NCBI GenBank assembly: GCA_965200875.1
Contig: OZ241456.1
Location: 544,001 to 608,000 of the forward strand
Direction: 5' to 3'
Source of the DNA: Bdellovibrionales bacterium
GTDB lineage: Bacteria; Bdellovibrionota; Bdellovibrionia; Bdellovibrionales; UBA1609
Length of the DNA: 64,000 nucleotides
Made by a program: the position numbers and the translations under genes. The notes under the pieces were generated by a model. That model was not told the DNA's origin, did no database searches, and was given only the letters and a program-made list of their open reading frames with translations. This document shows positions 39,666 to 48,464 of this stretch, piece by piece (positions within the stretch are counted from its first letter, which is position 1; the number at the start of each line of letters is the position of its first letter).

Positions 39666-40691
39666 ATGACATTGGAAAAAGAAACAAAAAAAACAGAGGA
39701 AAAACAACTTTCAGCGGAAGAGCGCGAAACTGCACAAAGTCTTCGCCCTGCTGATTTTGAGGAGTTTCCTGGACAGGATAAAGTGAAAGACAAGCTTAAA
39801 GTTTTTGTGTCCGCCGCCCTTAAAAGAGGGGAGTCTTTGGATCATTCTCTTTTGAGTGGCCCCCCTGGTCTTGGAAAAACCACCTTAGCTTATATTATTG
39901 CCAACACCTTAAAGTCGGAAATAAAATGCACTTCCGGGCCAGCTATTCGAAGAAAAGGGGATATAGCTGCTATTTTAACCACTCTTAAGGCTGGAACGGT
40001 TTTATTTATTGATGAAATACATCGACTGGTCAAAGATGTGGAGGAGTACCTTTATAGCGCGATGGAGGATTTTCATATTGATATTGTTACAGGAGATGGT
40101 TTTGGTGCCAGAAGCGTGCGTTTTCAGCTACCACCTTTTACTCTTATCGGAGCTACAACTCGCATTGGCCTTTTAAAATCCCCTTTTCGAGATCGATTTG
40201 GCATTGTGGAAAGACTTTCTTTTTATGAAGAGTCTGCTTTAAAAGTCATTATTGCTCGCTCCGCCCGCCTGCTTAAAATTTCTATTACGAAAGAGGGTGC
40301 GGAAGAAATCGCCCGCAGAAGCAGAGGCACTCCTCGTGTGGCCAATCGCCTGTTAAAAAGAGTGAGGGATTTCGCACAGGTCTATAGTGATGGGGTGGTG
40401 GATGAAAAACAGGCCAAGCGCGCGCTGGAATACCTAGGTGTGGATAGACGCGGGCTGGATTTTATGGATTTAAAAATTTTAAAACTCATGGCAGAGTATT
40501 TTCAAGGCGGTCCAGTGGGAATAGACACCCTGGCCGCAGTTTTGGGAGAGGAAACAGATACGATAGAGGATTTTTATGAACCATTTTTAATTCAACAGGG
40601 TTTAGTAAGAAAAACTGCGCGTGGACGGGTTTTAACTGATAAAGCTCGCACACACTTAAACCCACAAATAAAGAGTGAGGAGAAAAAATGA
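39666..40691 (+). CDS. ruvB: Holliday junction branch migration helicase RuvB
   Basis: [49 protein letters not shown]. Confidence 0.98.
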   Translation: MTLEKETKKTEEKQLSAEERETAQSLRPADFEEFPGQDKVKDKLKVFVSAALKRGESLDHSLLSGPPGLGKTTLAYIIANTLKSEIKCTSGPAIRRKGDIAAILTTLKAGTVLFIDEIHRLVKDVEEYLYSAMEDFHIDIVTGDGFGARSVRFQLPPFTLIGATTRIGLLKSPFRDRFGIVERLSFYEESALKVIIARSARLLKISITKEGAEEIARRSRGTPRVANRLLKRVRDFAQVYSDGVVDEKQAKRALEYLGVDRRGLDFMDLKILKLMAEYFQGGPVGIDTLAAVLGEETDTIEDFYEPFLIQQGLVRKTARGRVLTDKARTHLNPQIKSEEKK

Positions 40692-41791
40692 TTATAGGTT
40701 TACCAAAGGAAATTAAACAGGCGGAAAATCGAGTGGCTTTAACAGAAAGCAATGTTCGTCAATTAGTGGAAAATGGCCATAAAGTTTTAGTGGAAAAAGG
40801 GGCGGGGAAAGGGAGTTTAATCTCCGATCAAAGCTACGAGTTTTCTGGTGCGCAAATCATTACGGATAAAAAACAGATATTCAGCCAAGCGGAAATGATT
40901 GTAAAGGTAAAAGAACCTTTGCCAGAAGAGTATAATCTTTTGCAGGAAGATCAAATTCTTTATACTTTTTTGCATTTAGCACCGGAACCGGAGCTAACTC
41001 ATGCTCTGATGAGACAAAAAGTAAAAGCAGTGGCTTACGAGACAATCCAAGAAGCAGATGGTTCTCTTCCTTTGTTAAAACCCATGAGTGAGGTGGCGGG
41101 AAGGCTTGCTACTCAGATTGGAGCTGTTTATTTACAAAAAGATCATGGGGGAAAAGGTATTTTACTGGGAGGAGTGCCGGGAGTGTTTCAGGGACATACA
41201 GTGATTTTAGGAGGGGGAACAGTAGGCATTAATGCGACTTTTATAGCTATTGGCTTGGGATCAAAAGTAACTGTTTTGGATCTCAATCCCTCACGGCTGG
41301 AGTATATCAACCACCATTATCAGGGAAGAGTACAGACCCTTTACTCCAACCGGGAAAATATTGAATCAGCGGTTCGTTCGGCGGATTTGCTTATCGGGGC
41401 TGTGTTGCTTGCGGGCAGTAAAGCACCAAAGCTGATTACAAAGGAAATGGTGGCCAGTATGTCAGAAGGTTCTGTGGTGGTGGATGTTTCTGTGGATCAG
41501 GGAGGGTGTATTGAAACTACCCGTCCCACATCCCATAAAGACCCCATTTTTTTGTACGAGCGAGTAATTCATTATGCAGTTCCTAATATTCCAGGGATTG
41601 TGGCACGCACTTCCACTTACGCTTTAACCAATGTCACTTTTCAATACGCGTTGAGTATTGCGAATCAGGGTCTGGAACAAGCCCTAAAAAAATCTTCTGC
41701 CCTAGCGCATGGGTTGAATGTATATAAGGGAAAAGTTACTTATGAACCTGTAGCCAGAGACCTGGGACTGAATTATGAACCTTTTTCCTGA
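40688..41791 (+). CDS. ald: Alanine dehydrogenase
   Basis: [48 protein letters not shown]. Confidence 0.97.
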   Translation: MIIGLPKEIKQAENRVALTESNVRQLVENGHKVLVEKGAGKGSLISDQSYEFSGAQIITDKKQIFSQAEMIVKVKEPLPEEYNLLQEDQILYTFLHLAPEPELTHALMRQKVKAVAYETIQEADGSLPLLKPMSEVAGRLATQIGAVYLQKDHGGKGILLGGVPGVFQGHTVILGGGTVGINATFIAIGLGSKVTVLDLNPSRLEYINHHYQGRVQTLYSNRENIESAVRSADLLIGAVLLAGSKAPKLITKEMVASMSEGSVVVDVSVDQGGCIETTRPTSHKDPIFLYERVIHYAVPNIPGIVARTSTYALTNVTFQYALSIANQGLEQALKKSSALAHGLNVYKGKVTYEPVARDLGLNYEPFS

Positions 41792-41806
41792 ACTGAGAGT
41801 CAGCAC

Positions 41807-42017
41807 TGATTATTTCATCTAAAACTTTTGTAATCAATCAGTTTATCCGTACTGCACATAACAAAAATACGATCGGAAAGTCATTTAAAAATATCATTAT
41901 GCAGAGAACCAAAAGAGCTGACACATTTATGTAAATTATCAGGATTTATTTTATCCCATGAAAGACCTTGACCATTTTCAGCCTCTTGAGCTTCCGCCAA
42001 TTCCCCCTCTAAAACCT
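41807..42017 (-). pseudogene. Copy of the 3' end of the Cys-rich gene (22762-22972) with a nonsense change
   Basis: VLEGELAEAQEAENGQGLSWDKINPDN...DIFK*LSDRIFVMCSTDKLID, aligned through the stop codon. Confidence 0.9.
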
Positions 42018-42315
42018 TATTTCCAATTACGGAACAAAAAAATATGTCACAGTTCAAAAGACAAAAGCAACAGTAAATGAACAAAAGATAAAAGAAGATG
42101 GTAAGTGGAATGGTCTGCATGGAGTAATAACCAACATAACAAAAGAGCAAACCTCTCAAGAGATACTTACTCGATACAGAAGGCTTTGGAAAATAGAAGA
42201 GGCTTTTCGTGTGTGCAAACACAACCTCAAGATGAGACCCATTTACCATTGGAAGAAGAAAAGAATAGAGTCCCACATAGCTATATGTTTTCTAGCTTAT
42301 TCTCTTATCTATAAA
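42016..42315 (+). mobile_element. IS1634-family DDE transposase internal fragment
   Basis: Own translation: EDGKWNGLHGVITN...YRRLWKIEEAFRVCKHNLKMRPIYHWKKKRIESHIAICFLAY. Confidence 0.85.
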
Positions 42316-42441
42316 ATTGGAATATTCGGCAAAATTCGGTTTTCGAATTTTTACTCCCTCAAAATCCTTTAAATAGCCTATTTTGAACGATCCCGATTTT
42401 GCATAAAGAAGAATCAATAACTTTTAAACAAGGAGTATATT

Positions 42442-43395
42442 ATGCAAAAAACAAAGAAAAAAATAAGCAAAAACAAAGAAAAAAAACACTCTTTGTTGGT
42501 CAACTTAACTAAAAATGGAAACTTTAAAAACTACTTTAAACTTTGTAAGCCCGCTTTAAAATCTCTTCTTAAAGCTTTCCTCCCACTCCCTGAAAAAAGC
42601 TCCATCCAACAAGTAACTTTACTGGACTCCTTTCTCCCTTCCATGAAGGAAGAAGACAAAAGTGCCATTATGGACCTTAGACTTCAGCTCAATACCGGAG
42701 AATTGGTTAATGTGGAAATGCAGACTTTTTTTCATCCAGGTTTTTCTGAAAGAGTATTGTTCTATTGGGCCAAAAATTATGTATCTCAATTAAAAGAAGG
42801 AGAAGAATATACAAAACTCTGTCCAGCATATTCTTTGATATTCAGTATGTTTGACCTATTCCCTGGTCGAGAAGGGTTTTACAACTCTTTTGATATTCGT
42901 TCGAGCAAGCCACCACATTTTCCTTTTAACAAGGATTTGTGTTTTGTGACAGTGGAATTAAACAAGTTTCGTCAGGATGATGTAAGTTCTTCGATTGATT
43001 TTCAGGAGCTATGGTGTTATATTTTAAAGAGGTCAAACAGCATAAAAAATAAGGATTATCAGAAGCTTTTGGATAAAGATTCTGATTGGAAGGAGGCTAT
43101 GATGTATTTGCGTAAGTTTTCGTTAGAGGAGCAACAGCAGATTATAGCAGATGCCAAGGAAAAAAACCGCCGAGATCGAGTGGCGAGAGAAGCTTATGTC
43201 TTTGAACAAGGTGAAGCCAAAGGTGAAGCTAAAGGCAGAGCTGAAGGAAAAGCCGAAGGTGAAGCCGAAGGCAGAAATAAGCTGATTATTAGTATGTTGA
43301 AAAATGGTGCTAGTATGGAATTTATCGCCAAATGTACAGGGATCTCTGTGGAAGAAATCAATAAGCTAAAAAAAAAGGAAGTGAAACAGCTATGA
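42442..43395 (+). CDS. Rpn family PD-(D/E)XK nuclease (Rpn-3), inverted near-identical copy of Rpn-2
   Basis: Protein identical to Rpn-2 up to the AEG repeats; differs only in the C-terminal part. Confidence 0.93.
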   Translation: MQKTKKKISKNKEKKHSLLVNLTKNGNFKNYFKLCKPALKSLLKAFLPLPEKSSIQQVTLLDSFLPSMKEEDKSAIMDLRLQLNTGELVNVEMQTFFHPGFSERVLFYWAKNYVSQLKEGEEYTKLCPAYSLIFSMFDLFPGREGFYNSFDIRSSKPPHFPFNKDLCFVTVELNKFRQDDVSSSIDFQELWCYILKRSNSIKNKDYQKLLDKDSDWKEAMMYLRKFSLEEQQQIIADAKEKNRRDRVAREAYVFEQGEAKGEAKGRAEGKAEGEAEGRNKLIISMLKNGASMEFIAKCTGISVEEINKLKKKEVKQL

Positions 43396-44079
43396 TGTAT
43401 TTGCGTAAGTTTTCGTTGGAGGAGCAACAACAGATTAAAGAATCAAATTACAATAGAGAGTAAATATGAAATACCTTACAAAAGGCTCTATTTTGGAGAA
43501 AATGGGATTTGCAAGTTCCAATACATTCAAGAGTTTACAAAACTCAATGTCACTATATTTTAGTCGATATAGTCGAGCAAGATAAATTTGTTAACGCGCT
43601 ATTGTTACTTAATTTTTTTATGATTATTGGTTTCAGCTGGTGGGTGCGGGCAGGCGAAAGTCTGTTTTGCTTTTTAAGGACTATGAAAAAAAAAACCTCT
43701 TTCAGCGATTTTAACTTAGTTTTTAGCCTTTCTTTTGATTGCCTTTATATCTTAATGGAAATATACTAAAATGGATTATATGTAATAGAATGTTCCTCGG
43801 TAAAATGCAATAATGTTAAAAACGCTATTGTCAATTTTTTTTGCCCTGCGATTTTGGAGTCACACAAAATAAAAGATATTATGAAAAAATATGATATGAC
43901 AAAAAACATGGAAACATACTTTCTGAAAAGGGCAGATGTCAAAAAAATGATGACAGTTTATAATCTCTGAGAGGAAAGCCATACAATGGATCAAATTCAT
44001 CTGGTTATTTTATTAAAACCTTCAACTATACAATTATTTTTTTTAAAGAAACTAAAATAAAAAAAAATCAAACAGGCGA

Positions 44080-44304
44080 GTGTTTATGTCTAATGAGAAA
44101 AAAACCAAAACACCATCTTCAAAAGAAGAGAAAAAACAAAAAACCGGTTACATTAGTTGGTGGTTGTTTCGGACAAAAGGAACGATTGCAGAAGACTGGC
44201 CTACCGCAGAAGAATTACGAAATAACGAAGATGTACAAAATGAAATAAAAGCAGTAAGACAAGCCTTTCAGCATACAAGAACAAAACAGAAAAAGAACAA
44301 TTAA
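44080..44304 (+). CDS. Small hypothetical protein
   Basis: ORF abuts the next gene (TAA ATG). Confidence 0.5.
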   Translation: MFMSNEKKTKTPSSKEEKKQKTGYISWWLFRTKGTIAEDWPTAEELRNNEDVQNEIKAVRQAFQHTRTKQKKNN

Positions 44305-44943
44305 ATGTGGGAACTCCATAATGTACTCTGGGTTATCCCTGGAGTTATTTTTATTCATTTGTATAATAAAAACAGACCATTTACACATGAATCAGCTATT
44401 CAGTTATCAGGCTGGCCATTAATTTTTGCTCTTACTATTATAGCATCTATCACTTGGCTTCCTGCTGAATTAGTGGCTCAAAAAATATTTAATGCAGAAA
44501 CAGAAACGGTACAGCACATACAAACATTACTAACTTCTATATTTTTTACTTTTATCCTGTTGCTGGTTGTGCAAATTGGATCAATCGCCAGAATAATATT
44601 TCCATCAGTACATGACAATTTTCATAACAGATGTGTGGAATGGGAAAATAAATCTATAATATTAACACTTAAAAACGGCAAAGCATATATTGGTATTTTG
44701 TGGAAATACCCGGAAAGTCCGAAATCAAGATATGAATCTCAAACTATCTCCATAATACCACTTCAAAGCGGATATAGAGAAATGGAAAAAAAATGCGTGC
44801 AGTGGACCACCTATTATCCGTATGATCAAGATCCTGATAACATGGAAACTATTATTCCAAGACATGAAATACTTACTTTTGGAAAATTTAATATTAAAGC
44901 ACATCAATACTTTGAAGAACTAAAAACTTCAAAGGAAAGCTAA
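44305..44943 (+). CDS. Membrane protein with 3 N-terminal TM helices and a soluble beta domain (DUF6338-like)
   Basis: LWVIPGVIF, LTLKNGKAYIG, IPLQSGYR, IIPRHEI. Confidence 0.65.
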   Translation: MWELHNVLWVIPGVIFIHLYNKNRPFTHESAIQLSGWPLIFALTIIASITWLPAELVAQKIFNAETETVQHIQTLLTSIFFTFILLLVVQIGSIARIIFPSVHDNFHNRCVEWENKSIILTLKNGKAYIGILWKYPESPKSRYESQTISIIPLQSGYREMEKKCVQWTTYYPYDQDPDNMETIIPRHEILTFGKFNIKAHQYFEELKTSKES

Positions 44944-45151
44944 TTTTGCTTCCAGTTTCACCAGACTTTTTTTGATTTCAGCTTGATTTTATCCTTCAGG
45001 AACAATTAGGGCTTTATACTGGGATATTCTATCTATAAATATTAAAAATAAATACATTGCACTTCACTTTTGACTATATATGTCAAATAATATAGGAATC
45101 CAGAAAAATTATTGTGCCCACTGTTTTGGCATTCCAAAACTATCTGTATTC

Positions 45152-46134
45152 TTAGTCGCCATTGTTAAGTTTTTTGATTTCTTCTTCGGAAAGTCCTGTG
45201 CCTTTGCAAAGAACCTGCAAATCCACATCACTTTTAAGCAATTTTGCAATCAACTGTTTTTGGCCTTTCTTCAGGCCCTTTTCAATGCCTTGTTGCATGC
45301 CTTCCAGATGACCTTCCTGTCGGCCTTTCTTCAGGCCCTTTTCAATGCCTTGTTGCATGCCCTCTTCTCTGGCCTTATCATAAGAAGATTGTAATAATGG
45401 CATCATAATTCTTCCCTCCTCTTTCACTGTGGCTTGTTCAATCTCTTTTACAATATCCCAATTAAATGCTGGATCATATCGCCGTATATAATCTACTGCT
45501 CGCCCGATCAATTCCTCACGCTCACTGGAACTAAGACCCTGACCTATCGTAAAAAGCTCTTTCACTTTTGATTCATCAAGTCGCCAGATATGTTTTAAAA
45601 TATACAAAATAGGACGAGTTGTCAAATCCCTGGCCTCCTTTGACACATCTAAAGACTGAATATTCAAGACCCGCGGACGAAAATTCAACACATTGCCTGC
45701 AAATCTCTCTTTTAATTCCACCGGGAAATTATGCAGGTACTCGTGAAAATCAAAAGGCCCTGACCATATCTTTTGTGTACTTTGGTTAATAAACACAGGA
45801 AGAATAGGGGTTCGTGTATTTTGATAAATCCCTACCTGATATATTAAAAACTGTCTCATCAAATCTTGGTCGTATTGGCTTTTGTGTTCCATTAAAAATA
45901 ATATTCTAGCAGGTTTTTTAGAGCTTTTAAGCTGAGCTGAGACCAAGAGGTCCATACGTTTTTCTTTTGCGGATTTATCAATAAAAGTTGTGGCTTCTGT
46001 TTTAAGGGTGTTCCAATCAAAAAGTTTCATTTCCTCTTTTGAGAGAACAAGGCTTAGGATATCCACGCAATACTTGGTTTGTGAGTAAACCTCTTTGAAT
46101 AAATGATCATGTAGAAAATTCTTATTTTTTTCAT
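45152..46134 (-). CDS. Rpn/YhgA-like nuclease (Rpn-4); the 5' ATG is out of frame at an A7 tract
   Basis: HDHLFK upstream of GTG 46066, RMDLLVS, LMEHKS, GMQQGIEKG repeats; ATG at 46134 followed by A7. Confidence 0.85.
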
Positions 46135-46202
46135 AGTTCTGAAAAAGTGGAATATAAAAAGATTTTTGTCAATAAAAAATAAGAAACTTTTTGTCTAAAT
46201 AG

Positions 46203-46342
46203 TCGCCTGTGAAAAAGTATGTTATTTTCCGGATTCCCGTTTTCACGGGACTGAAAGCCAACAACTTTGCTTTCAGTTTCCTTGGGAAAGTACATGAAAA
46301 AAGAGTGTGATAGTTGAAGCACTATGGGTTTTTCACGGGCGA
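46203..46342. mobile_element. ~140-bp MITE with TIRs TCGCCTGTGAAAAA / TTTTTCACGGGCGA and a dRS3/RPE-like core
   Basis: TIRs seen directly; flanking TAAATAG repeats; core ATTCCCGTTTTCACGGGA; a second left end at 46351. Confidence 0.7.
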
Positions 46343-46487
46343 GTAAATAGTCGCCTGTGAAAAACCTCTGATTAAGTGAATGATTCGTCTGTTTATGTGG
46401 AAAGGTCTCCCTTGGAAACTGAAAGATATCTATCCGGTGGAACAGAACAAACTTGCAAATTTGAAAACAGCATTGGAGAGTGTTCTG

Positions 46488-48464
46488 TTAGGAAACTTTT
46501 TTGAAGAGTTTGTTTTTTTTGAAAGCTGAAAAAGCATATTTTTTAAGAGCGTGCAACCGTTTTTGATTTTTACCGGTTGTAAAAGTGTTTAAGATATAAT
46601 CAAATTCCTCTGGAGTCAAACCATAAACACGGGCCACAATGGCATCTATTTCCCCTTGTATCTTCCAGCGTTCCTGTGTATCTTTTACTCCACCACGCGC
46701 AATGCCGATCTCATCTGCCAGCTCGTCAAACTCTTCTCCAATACAAGTAAGTTTTGCCGATCGCTCCACCAACTCATTAAAGTATAGATCTTTTTCTGTA
46801 AGCCTTGGAATATGGAGAGGGGTAATATAGTGTTTATTGATGTTAGAAGATATTTTTAACCGGATAAAATAATCCACAACAAAACTGTTCAGAAAAGTCT
46901 GAAGTAAAAGCATATATTGAGAAGATTTTTTTTGATTATTATTCTTGTTTAAGGCATCACCCTTGCCTGATTTGTCAGTCCCTTGAAAGAGAACCTGCTT
47001 CTGAGTTTTTAAGTCAGATGAAAACCCCTTTTTTGCTAAAGGTACTTTATCAGGTAACTCGATAAAAACTCCATGTAAGCTATTGGAAATAAAATAATTT
47101 TTTGGAATGACTGCTGAAATGAGACTTCTTTCGTTTGTTTTTCCAGCTATAGTTCTAATGACCAATCTGTAATTCGCATAACACTTATTTTTGAAACAGC
47201 GACTTTTCCCTTGGATTTTTGGATCCTTTAGACTCACATAGCGATTAACATTGGATAGTTTGTAATCATACTGATAAATGGCACTGCCTTTATAGAGAGG
47301 CAAATCATCCTCAGATGCTTTGTTGTCTTTAAATAAATGAGAATCATTTGTTTCGTGAAATTCTGTGTAAAAATCAGGATTCCATGAATTGTCCAGCCTT
47401 TCGCCGATTTTAGGAAACTGACTCGCTTTTTTAAGTATCTCTTTGTCTTTAGAAGACTTAAATTCAATAATAGAGCAGTCTCTTGGAGAAAGCTTTTTTA
47501 TTTCCTGTATGGATTGCCATACTGTTTCACTTTCGTGATGTATAGTATTTGTGTCTATTCTTTTGTTGTCCGATTCTCCTGATCTGTGTTCCGGAAAATG
47601 TTCCAAGACTGTTAAATCCCTAGTCTGAAACTTTGTGGGAAAACCGTCTTGTTCTTTTGGTTCAGTTTTTTTCAAACTCAGAAGCAGAAACTTCTCCGAT
47701 GCATGCACTCCCTCAAAAATCTTTCCTTTTCCTTTACCTTTAGCCATTTGATTTTGAAAATCAATTATACCCTCTATTTTTGTTTTTTTAAAAAGTAGCT
47801 CTTTTCTTAAACCGATAGATCCTTCGTCTTTACACAAACCACTTTTAAGAACAATCCCTAAAGTGCCATTTTCATCTAACAGTTTAAAACATCTCTCTAA
47901 AAAAGGTCTATAAATATCCATATCAGCTGAAGCTTCTTTTTCTGTTCCATCCATATTGATTATTTTGCTAGATTGATATTGATATAATGTTGAAAAATAA
48001 CTTTGATGGAAAATATAAAACTCTTTTGTTTTTTTGTAATTTTCTTCTATTTCTGCTTTTTTCAATAGTTCTTTTTTCTTTCTCTGTAACACGTCGTTTT
48101 TCGTTTTTTTCTTATCAATGGATTTATCGTATTTGTGAAAAAACTCTTTATCTTCCAACTTTACTTTTTCCCAAGGTGGGTTGGTGATAATTGCATCAAA
48201 ACCACCTTTATTCATAATTTCATTAAAAGCCAAGTCCCAGTGAAAAGGTTTTAAATTTCTTCCCCTATCTTTAGAATTAAAATCTTTCGCCTGAACATCG
48301 CGTTTTTTCGTAACTTTCTTTTTCCCTTGAATATCTTTGACTTCAGGATACTTAACACCAGCCTGTTTACACTTTTTCGCCAAAGCTAGGTTAAGTTTTT
48401 GGTTATTTTCTTCAAGAAACTGATTGGTCTTACTCTTTAATTCTTTAAGTTTTGCAAAAGACAA
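46488..48464 (-). pseudogene. C-terminal half of an Eco57I-like/type IIG adenine methyltransferase with TRD
   Basis: PFHWDLAF, GGFDAIITNPPW, LNSFVVDY, EIDAIVARVYGL; no FxGxG motif I and no proper start. Confidence 0.8.
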
